A DNA stretch of 64,000 bases from Desulfobacterium sp. (GCA_030145245.1 JAQYWC010000070.1:6040-70039); one strand, 5' to 3'. Counted from the stretch's first letter, positions 35,479-45,028 are shown. Notes: a model not told the origin generated them from the sequence alone. Program-made: numbers and translations.

Positions 35479-36618
35479 ATGAAGAAGTTTAACTTCTGGT
35501 CAGTAATCACTGCAGGATTTATCATCCTGCTCAGTGGGATGCCGGCTGTATCCACTGAGCCCGCAGTTCCACTGGGCCTCCCCCATGTGGAGTACCCGGA
35601 GGAAAATCCTCAGACACCGGGGAAAATAGCCCTTGGGAATAAACTGTTCAATGACGAAAGGTTCAGCTCCACCGGGATGGTCAGTTGCGCAACTTGCCAT
35701 GAGGCAGAAAAAACCTTCACAGACAGCCCTTTAAAAGTATCGGAAGGAATTAACAAGCTCACAGGCACCCGGAACGCCCCCACGGTCGTAAATTCCGCTT
35801 ATTTCGAGAAACTCTTCTGGGACGGCCGGTCGCCGGATCTTGAAGATCAGGCCCTGCACCCCTTCTTAAATCCAGTTGAGATGGGGCTGAAAGACCATAC
35901 GCCCATCCTGGATATCGTACGGACAGATGGGGAGTATAAAAAGCTGTTCAGGGACGTTTTCGGCAAAACCGGCACCTCCATTACAATGAAAGAGGTAACC
36001 CAGGCCATTGCAGCCTTTGAGCGCACAAAGATTTCCGGTGATTCCCCATTTGACCGCTGGTACTACGGCGGTGAAAAAGATGCCCTGACCCCAGAGGAAA
36101 AACAAGGGTTTGATATTTTTGTCAATAAGGGACGCTGCGTGTCCTGCCATGTGATCGAACAGACACAGGCAGTGTTCACGGATAACCGTTTTCACAATGT
36201 AGGCGTGGGAATAAACGATATACAGGCGGATATTCCCGGATTGGCAGGCGAATTCATCAAGGCAAAGCTGACAGCATCCGAGGTTGATATCAAAATTCTT
36301 ACGGACAAGCGCACCTCCGAACTCGGACGGTTTGCCGTGACACAAAATTTCGACGACCTTGGCGCTTTCAAGACGTCCACATTGCGTAATATCGCTGTCA
36401 CAGGGCCTTATATGCATGACGGCAGCCTCAAAACCCTGAAGGAGGTTGTTGAACACTATAACAATGGCGGGGTTGCAAAAAAGGGTGATCCGGTAAATGA
36501 CTTCCTGGGCAGCGGCATTCGCCCCCTCAACCTGACAGATGATCAGGTAACAGACCTGGTCCTGTTCATGGAAACCCTTACCAGCCCGGAGTTCGCCCGG
36601 AAACAACCCCGTAAATAA
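35479..36618 (+). CDS. Di-heme cytochrome c peroxidase (CCP/MauG family)
   Basis: It has a signal peptide and two CxxCH motifs (CATCH, CVSCH). Conserved CCP blocks are GTRNAPTV, FWDGR and STLRNIAVTGPYMHDG. Confidence 0.85.
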   Translation: MKKFNFWSVITAGFIILLSGMPAVSTEPAVPLGLPHVEYPEENPQTPGKIALGNKLFNDERFSSTGMVSCATCHEAEKTFTDSPLKVSEGINKLTGTRNAPTVVNSAYFEKLFWDGRSPDLEDQALHPFLNPVEMGLKDHTPILDIVRTDGEYKKLFRDVFGKTGTSITMKEVTQAIAAFERTKISGDSPFDRWYYGGEKDALTPEEKQGFDIFVNKGRCVSCHVIEQTQAVFTDNRFHNVGVGINDIQADIPGLAGEFIKAKLTASEVDIKILTDKRTSELGRFAVTQNFDDLGAFKTSTLRNIAVTGPYMHDGSLKTLKEVVEHYNNGGVAKKGDPVNDFLGSGIRPLNLTDDQVTDLVLFMETLTSPEFARKQPRK

Positions 36619-36628
36619 AGGAAAAAAT

Positions 36629-37705
36629 ATGAACAGCAGACAAATAACCCGTCGTAGTTTTCTCAAAGGAATGGGAGCAATTGCCGCCGGAGGCACCCTG
36701 CCCGTGAGCCTGGTGGAACTTGCCTTTGCAGATTCTTCCCGGAATTTCACATTTGCGTATATTTCAGATTCACATATCCAGCACATTAAAGGGACCCAAT
36801 TCGTACGTAACTGGGACCGGGGGCTGATCCGCTCCGTGGCCGAAACAAACATGCTCCTGCCCAAACCGGATTTTGTGGTATACGGCGGTGATCTGGCCCA
36901 GCTTGGCACACAGGCGGAGCTGGATCATGGCGCGGAAATGCTGGCGAAATTAAACTATAAATATCACTGCGTCATGGGCGAACATGATTATTACCTAGAC
37001 CTTGGCAGGTACTGGGGCAAACTGTTCGGCCCCCATTACTACAGTTGGGATCATAAAGGCGTTCATTTTATCGTGCTGAACAGTATTCTCACCTACGATA
37101 AATGGACCCATGAGCGCTGGCCCACACCGGAACAGCGTATGCTTGAGATGGCCGGGCTTGACAATCCCAACGGATCACCGTTCATGGTCGGCAAAAAACA
37201 GCGCCAATGGCTCCAGGAAGATCTTAAAACGCTCAAAAAAGAGACCCCGGTTGTCCTGTTCTCCCATTCGCCGATCCAGAAAATTTACAAGGGATGGAAT
37301 TTCTGGACAGAAGATGCTGAAGAGGTACAGGCATTGTTGCGTCCGTTTGCGGATGTTACGGTTGTATACGGCCATGTGCATCAGATTCAGTACAACCAGA
37401 TCGGCAACATCAGTTTTCATGCCGTCATGGCCACGGCCTGGCCCTGGCCCTACCCCGAAAGTTATGCCCAGGCAAAGACCCATCTTCCGAAAATAACCGT
37501 CCCCATGAACCGGGCGGACCCGTTTTTTGAGCGTGACGCCACCGGCTGGCAGTTCATCAATCTCAAAACAGGGCGCATTGACATCTCCTACAATCTTTAT
37601 GATAACACCAACCGCACTGTGGCCTATAACCGTAAAACCAGCCGGCCGGAGGATACAACATACCAGTCCCCGGAGAAACGGATTCCCCCACAAAGTCATT
37701 ACTAA
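36629..37705 (+). CDS. Tat-exported calcineurin-like metallophosphoesterase
   Basis: The twin-arginine leader is SRQITRRSFLKGMGAIAAGG. Metallophosphoesterase motifs are ISDSHI, GGDLAQ, GEHD and GHVH. Confidence 0.8.
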   Translation: MNSRQITRRSFLKGMGAIAAGGTLPVSLVELAFADSSRNFTFAYISDSHIQHIKGTQFVRNWDRGLIRSVAETNMLLPKPDFVVYGGDLAQLGTQAELDHGAEMLAKLNYKYHCVMGEHDYYLDLGRYWGKLFGPHYYSWDHKGVHFIVLNSILTYDKWTHERWPTPEQRMLEMAGLDNPNGSPFMVGKKQRQWLQEDLKTLKKETPVVLFSHSPIQKIYKGWNFWTEDAEEVQALLRPFADVTVVYGHVHQIQYNQIGNISFHAVMATAWPWPYPESYAQAKTHLPKITVPMNRADPFFERDATGWQFINLKTGRIDISYNLYDNTNRTVAYNRKTSRPEDTTYQSPEKRIPPQSHY

Positions 37706-37716
37706 AGGAGAAAACC

Positions 37717-38124
37717 ATGTCAATATCATTAAGATTGCTTGCTTTTACACTTGTACCGCTCATTCTTTTTACCGGGACAACCCTTGCAGACGACTTTACC
37801 CAGAAAGACCAGGATCGCTGGCAAAAAGAATATATGAGCGTTGTGGAAAAAGGCCGGGCCCTCTGGGTAAGCCCGAAACTTGGAACAAATGGTGTTTCCT
37901 GCGCCCAGTGTCACCCCAACGGGGCCAATACCCATCCGGAAACCTATCCGAAATTCCAGCAGCAGTTAGGCCGTGTTATCCCCCTTCGGGACATGATTAA
38001 CTGGTGTATTTTAAACCCGCTGGAGGGCGAGGAGTTAAATCCCTATGATCCCCGCATGGTGGCCATGGAAGCGTATCTCGCCCATGAGCGGAAGGGCGTA
38101 CCCATGGCGCCCGGTAAACACTAA
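37717..38124 (+). CDS. Periplasmic mono-heme c-type cytochrome, SoxA-domain-like
   Basis: It has a signal peptide and a single CAQCH. The following pattern YPKF...G.VIPLRDMINWC...PL....E...MEAYL resembles my memory of the SoxA-type domain pattern. Confidence 0.7.
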   Translation: MSISLRLLAFTLVPLILFTGTTLADDFTQKDQDRWQKEYMSVVEKGRALWVSPKLGTNGVSCAQCHPNGANTHPETYPKFQQQLGRVIPLRDMINWCILNPLEGEELNPYDPRMVAMEAYLAHERKGVPMAPGKH

Positions 38125-38128
38125 GTTC

Positions 38129-38791
38129 CTACCTGTTTACCGATTTCTTAAACAGATCAAGATCCAGGATATGGTAAGTCCCTTTTTTCACACGGCGGAG
38201 ATATCCGTCACGGGTGAGTTTATTTAACATCACCGAGATGGTTTGCCGCGATGTTCCGACAAGCTGGGAGATATCTTCAACATTCAGTCCAAGCTCGATG
38301 GTTACCCCCTCCCCGTCTTTAATACCCTTGTCCTCTGCCGCCGTTATTAAAAACTCGGTCAGCCTCATCCTTGAATCCATAAAAACAAGGCCTTCTATGA
38401 TATTAAAGGAGTTTTGCAAAACTTCCCCAAGCACTTTCACCATGATCAAGGCAAACTCCGGATGTTCCCCCACATCCTTCTGAAATTTTTTCACACCGGT
38501 GGTCATAATCGAGGACGTTTCCATTGCCTGGACAAATGCGCGGGTGTGGGTGCTGAAGATATCACCCTGCTCCAGAAAAGCCAGGGTAAACTCCTTGTCA
38601 TCAAATGAGAGAAAAACCCGCAGCCTCCCGGAGCTCACGATAAACACGCTATTTGTATCATCCAGGGGACTGCAGACCATTTCGTTTTTTACGACACTCT
38701 TTTTAGAAAAATGGGTTTGAATTGCTTCATAACCGGGAGTATCAAGAAGGTTTACGATATTTATATTGCTTAAACGCATTTTTGTTGTCAT
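38129..38791 (-). CDS. cooA: CooA-like CO-sensing Crp/Fnr-family transcriptional activator
   Basis: Similar to my recollection of R. rubrum CooA: GRLRVFL..., GDIFSTHTRAFVQA (vs GDMFCMHSGCLVEA, which carries the heme His) and the recognition helix SRQTISVMLNKLTRDGYL (vs SRQTTSTALNSLIKEGYI). GGGGAGG is upstream of ATG 38791. Confidence 0.75.
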   Translation of the reverse strand: MTTKMRLSNINIVNLLDTPGYEAIQTHFSKKSVVKNEMVCSPLDDTNSVFIVSSGRLRVFLSFDDKEFTLAFLEQGDIFSTHTRAFVQAMETSSIMTTGVKKFQKDVGEHPEFALIMVKVLGEVLQNSFNIIEGLVFMDSRMRLTEFLITAAEDKGIKDGEGVTIELGLNVEDISQLVGTSRQTISVMLNKLTRDGYLRRVKKGTYHILDLDLFKKSVNR

Positions 38792-38850
38792 AGAACCTCC
38801 CCGTCGATGATTTACAGAAAGACCCAATACGCCTAACCACTCGTTTTATC

Positions 38851-38880
38851 AAAAAAAAAAAAAAACCACATGTCGGTTTT
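38851..38880 (-). terminator. Probable terminator after cooS (short hairpin plus U15 tract)
   Basis: The minus strand reads AAACCGACAUGUGGUUU followed by 15 U. This corresponds to the plus-strand A15 run at 38851-38865. Confidence 0.5.
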
Positions 38881-38938
38881 ATATAACCCATACCTTGCAA
38901 AATGCAAACAGAAATGAAATAGCAGGGACTTCAAATCA

Positions 38939-40846
38939 TTAAATTCCCAGCTTTTTCCTCTTGTCCCTGATGATATCCATCAGCTTGCCGGCCGCCGAAG
39001 CCGGGTCCGGTTCCACAATGAAATAACCGCCGAACAGATCCCTGGTTCCTTCAGTCAAAAGATCCGTCACAATGGATGACCCCGTGACCTGGGGAATGGT
39101 TCCCACATGGGTCGGGATGCCAATGGCGACACTCCATGTGGCAATGGCAACCGCTTTTTCGGACATGGCTTCAGGTGCGGATGCGATCAACGGCAGATCA
39201 CTGAGGTCAACGCCCAGTTTGTTTGCCAGGGCAGTTGCCAGGTTTACCGCCCTGCTGTTATCCACACAGGATCCCATATGCAGCACCAGGGGAAGGGGCC
39301 CACCTAGTCCGCAGGCGTTTCCGATGGAGGTGAGTACCGCTTTCAACGATTCGCCTGCGTATTTTTCCGTGGCCTCCATGGTCATCAGGCCCTCCTTTGC
39401 GCAGGCTCCTGCGCCGCATCCCGATGCCAGAAGCAACACATTGTTTTCGGCCAGGTTTTTGGCGATGGTTTCAAAACTTCTGTCCTGGACACTCCGGGTG
39501 TTGTTGCACCCGGCCAGGAGCGCGATCCCCTGGATATTTCCGTTTACAATATTGTCGATCAGGGGTTTAAGGGGATCTTTTTCATCGAGTTTTGCAAGGG
39601 CCGCCACAATGGATTCAACACCAAAGCCAACCATTGCCGTCTGTTTAATATCGGGAATATTGACCCTTTTGGCGTCCCGCCGCCGGAACGCTTCAATGGC
39701 CAGCCCCAGAATTCTACGGGCGGTATCGCCTGCGCTCTCTTCGCTGAAGCTGACATGGGTTGCTCCCGTGATCTTGTTTTCATCCATGGTGGTGATCACT
39801 TCCGTGTGAAAACAGGCACCAATTTCACTTATGGAAGGCATGATACACTGAACGTCAACAACCATGGCATCCACAGCCCCCGTAATCAGGGCCATCTCCT
39901 GGGACAAGTAATTTGTAGCCAGGGGCACACCATGGCGTACCATCACTTCGTTTCCGGTGCAGCAGATACCGATGATATTGATTCCCGCCGGTGCACCCGC
40001 GTCAATGGCATCGCCGTTCATCTCCCCGGCAATGCTGCAGATCACTTCACTCAGCAGCGGGTTGTGACCATTGATTGCGATATTTACGGCATTCTCTTTG
40101 ATCACACCGAGGTTTGCCGATGTCACAACTGGGGATGGTGTTCCAAACAAAATATCAGACAGTTCCGTTGCCAGCACCATTCCGTTCAGATCGGCAAGGG
40201 CTCCCTTGACTCCCCCCAATACAACATTGGCAGGTTCGGCATCGCACCCCACATGGGTTCGGCCCATGATCTGGCAGACCACGGCATCGATGTTGTGTGG
40301 AAGCACATGAAGATCTTTCAGTTTATTAAAATGGTTGTCCGTGACAACGGTTTTTATCCAGTGGCAGGCGGTCTGGTGGTCCTGGTTCTGAAAATCTTCC
40401 AGGGTTTTTAATGCGACCTCTTCTGCAATTTTTAAGGTATCTCTGTTTTCAGTTTCAATATCAAGTTTTTGGGCGACACTTAAGAGTTTTTTTTCATCAC
40501 GGATTCCGTAGGCGGAAAACCTGCCCCTGGATACACCCCAAAGGGCCAGCACCACATGGCGTCCGTGCTCCGAATGAGCGGCAGCCCCTGCCGCCATCAT
40601 TCGGATAAGATTTCGCGCCACGATAGTGTGGGCATCAGCGCCGCAGATTCCGCGGTCAGGTCCCCCACCAAAGGGATCAATCCTGCAGGGGCCCTTCCAG
40701 CAGATTCTGCAGCACAGGCCAAGTGAACCAAAACCGCACTGGGGCTGCATCACTTCGTAGCGATCCCATACCGTGCTGATTTTATTTTTTTTAGCGATGG
40801 GAAGAAGTTCCTTTACTGCGGGATCTATGGATATTTTATTTTTCAT
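38939..40846 (-). CDS. cooS: Anaerobic Ni-Fe carbon monoxide dehydrogenase catalytic subunit
   Basis: The N-terminal cluster motif is CGFGSLGLCCRICWKGPCRI and CODH blocks run throughout. ATG 40846 forms an ATGA overlap with the cooF stop. An alternative ATG lies at 40873. Confidence 0.9.
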   Translation of the reverse strand: MKNKISIDPAVKELLPIAKKNKISTVWDRYEVMQPQCGFGSLGLCCRICWKGPCRIDPFGGGPDRGICGADAHTIVARNLIRMMAAGAAAHSEHGRHVVLALWGVSRGRFSAYGIRDEKKLLSVAQKLDIETENRDTLKIAEEVALKTLEDFQNQDHQTACHWIKTVVTDNHFNKLKDLHVLPHNIDAVVCQIMGRTHVGCDAEPANVVLGGVKGALADLNGMVLATELSDILFGTPSPVVTSANLGVIKENAVNIAINGHNPLLSEVICSIAGEMNGDAIDAGAPAGINIIGICCTGNEVMVRHGVPLATNYLSQEMALITGAVDAMVVDVQCIMPSISEIGACFHTEVITTMDENKITGATHVSFSEESAGDTARRILGLAIEAFRRRDAKRVNIPDIKQTAMVGFGVESIVAALAKLDEKDPLKPLIDNIVNGNIQGIALLAGCNNTRSVQDRSFETIAKNLAENNVLLLASGCGAGACAKEGLMTMEATEKYAGESLKAVLTSIGNACGLGGPLPLVLHMGSCVDNSRAVNLATALANKLGVDLSDLPLIASAPEAMSEKAVAIATWSVAIGIPTHVGTIPQVTGSSIVTDLLTEGTRDLFGGYFIVEPDPASAAGKLMDIIRDKRKKLGI

Positions 40847-41427
40847 GATTTCACCATTTTGACTTTTAGACAATTATGTGCGCAGGCAAGTTCCCTGGCC
40901 CTTGGATCCAACAGGGCAGCCCGGTACTCTTCCAGATTGACAAGTTTGATCGCCCTGGTGGGACAGGCTTCGACACAGGCGGGCTGTTTTCTGTTACCTT
41001 CGGCATCTCTTAATCCGGCACAGAGATCACATTTTTTAGCGACACCTCGCTTTTTTCTTTCGCTGTTAGTGATTACGCCTTCGGTTGTCACGGTTATTGC
41101 GCCAAAGGGACACACCTTGATACATAGTTTACAACCGACACAGGTCTTCTCATAAATCACAACACGCCCGTTTTCCTGCTTGATGGCAGAGGTGGGACAG
41201 ACAACTGCGCAGGGCGCATTTTCACACTGTCTGCATTGAACCGGAATGGTACCCCCCCCGGCCTTGACCACCCTGGTCCTGGAATGAAAGGCATTACCCG
41301 ACGCCGCAGCGTCAAAAAGGTCTCCCTCCCCATGGGCAACAGCACAGGCCAGCTCACAACTGTGACAGCCCAGGCACTTCTCCCCATCAGAAAAAATGGT
41401 TTCGTTTCCCTTATCTGGTTTCATCAT
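40843..41427 (-). CDS. cooF: CooF-type 4Fe-4S ferredoxin-like electron-transfer protein
   Basis: It has four Cys clusters of the CxxCxxCxxxC(P) type. It lies directly upstream of cooS and is translationally coupled to it. Confidence 0.85.
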   Translation of the reverse strand: MMKPDKGNETIFSDGEKCLGCHSCELACAVAHGEGDLFDAAASGNAFHSRTRVVKAGGGTIPVQCRQCENAPCAVVCPTSAIKQENGRVVIYEKTCVGCKLCIKVCPFGAITVTTEGVITNSERKKRGVAKKCDLCAGLRDAEGNRKQPACVEACPTRAIKLVNLEEYRAALLDPRARELACAHNCLKVKMVKS

Positions 41428-41509
41428 AAAGCTCCTTTATTCATAGGCTTTAAACTTCCCGCTCGATAATTCCGTAGCTTAGACACTAAAATATTTAAGG
41501 GGCTTTTTC

Positions 41510-41525
41510 TGTCAGATAGGCGACA
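41510..41525. promoter_or_regulatory. CooA operator-like site upstream of cooF
   Basis: TGTCA-gatagg-CGACA matches the published CooA site form TGTCA-N6-CGACA. It is centred ~90 bp upstream of the cooF ATG. Confidence 0.55.
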
Positions 41526-41642
41526 TTTCAGGAATTCTAAAGAAAATAATCATTTACAGTTTAAAAATATTGATTGTGATTGTGCCGCTTCGTATATGGG
41601 GGCAGAATATGGTAACATATCATTCAAAAAAGGAGAAATCGA

Positions 41643-42911
41643 ATGAAGAGCCTGGGAACCAGGAAAAGACCCGGCTTCTTTTTCACGCTTCTTCTCTTGG
41701 TGACGGCAACCGCAAGCGCCATATGCGGCACGGAAGAGGCCCGCAGAAAACAGACAGGAGTCAAAAGAATGCCGACAATGCCTGAAATCAACACCCCAAA
41801 CCGAATTACCCTGTTCATGTGCGGCGACGTGATGACAGGAAGAGGCGTCGATCAGGTCCTGCCCCATCCGAGCGATCCACGGATTTATGAAACCTATGCA
41901 AAGGATGCCCGGATCTACGTGGAGCTGGCCGAAAGGAGGAACGGCCCGGTCAGGAAACCCGTGCCATGGTCTTACATCTGGGGAGACGCACTTTCCGAGC
42001 TGAAGCTCAGGTCCCCTGACCTGAGAATCATCAACCTGGAAACCGCTGTCACAACAAGCAACGATTACTGTAAATACAAGGGAATCAATTACCGGATGCA
42101 TCCGAAGAATATTCCCGTGCTCACGGCAGCTGGCATTGATGTGGCCGTTCTGGCCAACAACCACGTGATCGACTGGGGAAACCAGGGGCTGATCGAAACA
42201 CTGGACACCCTCAGGTCGGCAAAAATTCGCCAGGCTGGCGCCGGCCGGGATCTTCAGGAAGCGGAATCACCGGCCGTAATGGAGATTGCGGGAAAGGGAC
42301 GGGTGCTGATTTTCTCATTCGGCCTGAATTCCAGCGGCATTCCAAATGAATGGGCGGCTAGGTCCCACAAGCCGGGTATTGCCCTGGCGCCGGATCTGTC
42401 TGGCAAAACCGTCCACCGCCTCAGGAATAAAATCTCGGCAATCCGTCAACAGGGGGATATCGTGGTTGCCTCCGTTCACTGGGGCGGGAACTGGGGATAC
42501 CGGGTCTCTACCGCTGAACAAAAATTTGCCCGCGCCATCATCGATGAAGCAGGTGTGGACATTGTCCACGGCCATTCCTCCCACCATGCCCGGGGAATCG
42601 AGGTATACCGGGACAAACCCATCATCTACGGCTGCGGCGACTTTATCAACGACTATGAAGGAATCGGGGGCCGGGAGGAATTCAGGGGAGACCTGGCCCT
42701 GAGCTATTTTATCACCATGGATCCGCAAAACAGAAAACTCATGGAACTGCACATCTCGCCCATGCAGATCAGAAATCTGAAACTAAACCGCGTATCACCG
42801 GCCGATGCTGCGTGGCTCAAAGAAACCCTGGGCCGGGAAGGCAAAAAACTGGGAACATGGGTAAAAATGCAAAAGGATCATACCCTGGGCATCCACTGGG
42901 AAACCAAATGA
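41643..42911 (+). CDS. CapA/PGA_cap-family metallophosphatase-like protein (poly-gamma-glutamate capsule synthesis family)
   Basis: It has a signal peptide. Family blocks are LFMCGDVMTGRGVD, NLETAVT, ANNHVIDWG, HWGGNW and GHSSHH. Confidence 0.8.
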   Translation: MKSLGTRKRPGFFFTLLLLVTATASAICGTEEARRKQTGVKRMPTMPEINTPNRITLFMCGDVMTGRGVDQVLPHPSDPRIYETYAKDARIYVELAERRNGPVRKPVPWSYIWGDALSELKLRSPDLRIINLETAVTTSNDYCKYKGINYRMHPKNIPVLTAAGIDVAVLANNHVIDWGNQGLIETLDTLRSAKIRQAGAGRDLQEAESPAVMEIAGKGRVLIFSFGLNSSGIPNEWAARSHKPGIALAPDLSGKTVHRLRNKISAIRQQGDIVVASVHWGGNWGYRVSTAEQKFARAIIDEAGVDIVHGHSSHHARGIEVYRDKPIIYGCGDFINDYEGIGGREEFRGDLALSYFITMDPQNRKLMELHISPMQIRNLKLNRVSPADAAWLKETLGREGKKLGTWVKMQKDHTLGIHWETK

Positions 42912-42915
42912 TCTT

Positions 42916-42956
42916 TTGCCGGCCTCCCGGAGGGTTCTCCGGAAGGCCGTCGGCAA
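42916..42956. terminator. GC-rich imperfect hairpin between the convergent capA and GDPD genes
   Basis: ttgcc-ggcctcccgga-gggttc-tccggaaggcc-gtc-ggcaa. There is no U-tract. Confidence 0.35.
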
Positions 42957-42977
42957 TTGTCACCTGCGAACTGAGAG

Positions 42978-44834
42978 TTAATTCAACAGGGCTTCAAGGG
43001 TGGCGGGATTGTCGGTCATGATCCCGTCCACATTCAGGTCCTCGATCAGCCATTGCATCTCTTCGGGATCATTGACGGTCCAGACCTGAACTTTCAGGCC
43101 CAATTCCCGGGCTTTGTCCATGATCAAGTGAGGAATGAGAGGAATCTCCGTAAGCGGTATCTGAAGGATGGCTCCCTTGGGCCTGTGTTTGTTCAGATCA
43201 AGAACCGCATCAGGCATGGCGATAAACTCGATCACCTCCTCGGTGGCAAAGGAGGTGAGCAGATTCATGCCGCGAACTGCGGACCTTATTCTGGCGGCAT
43301 CCAGGGACTGTTTATTGAATGCCCCCAGAACAATGCGGTTTTCCATGTTGAACTGCTGAATAAGTTCCAGCACCTTTTCCGTGATCTCCATATTGTTTTC
43401 CGGCTTTATTTCCAGAACAAAGGAAACATCCCGGCCCTGATACTCGCCGAACACCTCCGCAAGTGTCGGGATTTCAAGGGCCATGCCCTCCTCCCGGTAA
43501 GGAAAGGTGACCCCGTCCGGGGTAAAGTTGTAACCGGCATTCAGGCGTTTCAGATTCTCCAGGGAAAAAGCGCTGACCGGGCCGGTACCGTCGGTACAGC
43601 GGTCCACCGTGCCATCGTGGGACACGACCACACGGCCGTCTGCCGTGAGATGAACATCCATCTCAAGCACTTCCGCGCCTGCAGCCAAGGCGGTTTCGTA
43701 GGCTGTGAGCGTATTTTCAGGGTCCAGGTCACCGCCTCCCCTGTGGGCAATATTCAAGACCCTTTCATGGTCCTGCCTGAAGAAGTTGGCACCTGTGTCA
43801 ATGCCGTTGATCCGGTTCAGCACATCCAGCCAGTCCCAGCTGATATCGCGAATCTCAATCTCACCGTACCCCTCGGTGTCGAGGAGTCCCGGGTCAAGGT
43901 AATAGTCGATCTGAAACGAAATATAGGTCACACCGTTTGCAAGGGCGCCGAACCCGTCCTCACGGGCCGTATCCCCCACCATGGCGACAAGTTTGTCCTC
44001 CCCGTACAGCACGGAAAGGATTCTGATTGCATCCGCCTTGAAATCATTTCCCTCTTCAAAATCAAGATCCTTCTTGACCACAATGGGAATTCTTCTCTGG
44101 CCGCTCCGCTCAAAATGGCTGATCATCTGCTGCCGGCACAGGTGGCGCAAATCACCGGGAAGCCCTGAGACAACGACGAGGTCTCTTCCGTTATCCATCA
44201 AACCGTTTACGGCATCCACCACAAAACCGTCGATCAGCGGCCAGTCAGCGCCCACCCAGTTGACGAACTCAACCCAGTCAAAGACCGAGTTTGCCCCGCC
44301 GGTCCTGTGTAGGGTGTTGTCATGGTCCGACACAACGGCATCCGGGTTTTTCCCGGCCTGTTCATCAAGCACCCGGATCATTCCCAGATCGTCCTCAACA
44401 TACTCATCCTTGTAATACGCCCGGGCTCTCAGCTGCAAATCCACTGGTGCGGAAGCGATTACCGGTTTCGGCAGCCACCGTCTGATTTCCGGCAGCCTGA
44501 CCTTGCCGCCCTGGTCTGTATAAAGGGCCGGGGCATCCTCCCCCAGCCGGAACCAGGCCCCATCCGAGCCATAGAGCCTTGCAAAGAACCTGACCTCCAC
44601 CCCTTCCACTTTTTCAGCGGTCACAAACTTCAGCAGGGAGGCCTTGTCCTTGTCTTTCATATGATAGACCGTTGCATTGGGAAGGATTTCATCGTTACCC
44701 GCGCTAAAGCAAGTATTTGTAATTCCGTCCGAGACAACCACGGCATAGTCGTCCTTATCGCACCCGGATAAGAGAGCAGCAAAAGAGACGATCAGCAAAA
44801 CAAAAACAAGATCCAGAGATTTTCTGACAGACAT
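42978..44834 (-). CDS. Lipoprotein fusing a HAD/App1-like (DUF2183-type) phosphatase domain to a glycerophosphodiester phosphodiesterase (GDPD) domain
   Basis: The lipobox LLSGC follows MSVRKSLDLVFVLLIVSFAA, and GGGAGG is upstream of ATG 44834. The HAD motifs are VVSDHDNTL and GDTAREDG. The GDPD core is NIAHRGG...ENT...E.DV.LT.DG..VV.HD. Confidence 0.8.
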   Translation of the reverse strand: MSVRKSLDLVFVLLIVSFAALLSGCDKDDYAVVVSDGITNTCFSAGNDEILPNATVYHMKDKDKASLLKFVTAEKVEGVEVRFFARLYGSDGAWFRLGEDAPALYTDQGGKVRLPEIRRWLPKPVIASAPVDLQLRARAYYKDEYVEDDLGMIRVLDEQAGKNPDAVVSDHDNTLHRTGGANSVFDWVEFVNWVGADWPLIDGFVVDAVNGLMDNGRDLVVVSGLPGDLRHLCRQQMISHFERSGQRRIPIVVKKDLDFEEGNDFKADAIRILSVLYGEDKLVAMVGDTAREDGFGALANGVTYISFQIDYYLDPGLLDTEGYGEIEIRDISWDWLDVLNRINGIDTGANFFRQDHERVLNIAHRGGGDLDPENTLTAYETALAAGAEVLEMDVHLTADGRVVVSHDGTVDRCTDGTGPVSAFSLENLKRLNAGYNFTPDGVTFPYREEGMALEIPTLAEVFGEYQGRDVSFVLEIKPENNMEITEKVLELIQQFNMENRIVLGAFNKQSLDAARIRSAVRGMNLLTSFATEEVIEFIAMPDAVLDLNKHRPKGAILQIPLTEIPLIPHLIMDKARELGLKVQVWTVNDPEEMQWLIEDLNVDGIMTDNPATLEALLN

Positions 44835-45028
44835 GGATACCTCCCGTTTGAATAGGTTCAAGAAATTGACCTTCGACAAAACAATGGGACAAACAGCGAT
44901 TTTTTAAATACGCTTAAAACGATGTAACCGGAAAAAAAGGACAGATGGGCTTTTGTGACGCAGATAGAAAAATAGCGTGAAACAAAGGGGATGTCAAATA
45001 GAAGCTGAGGGAACCGGTGGATGGAGAA

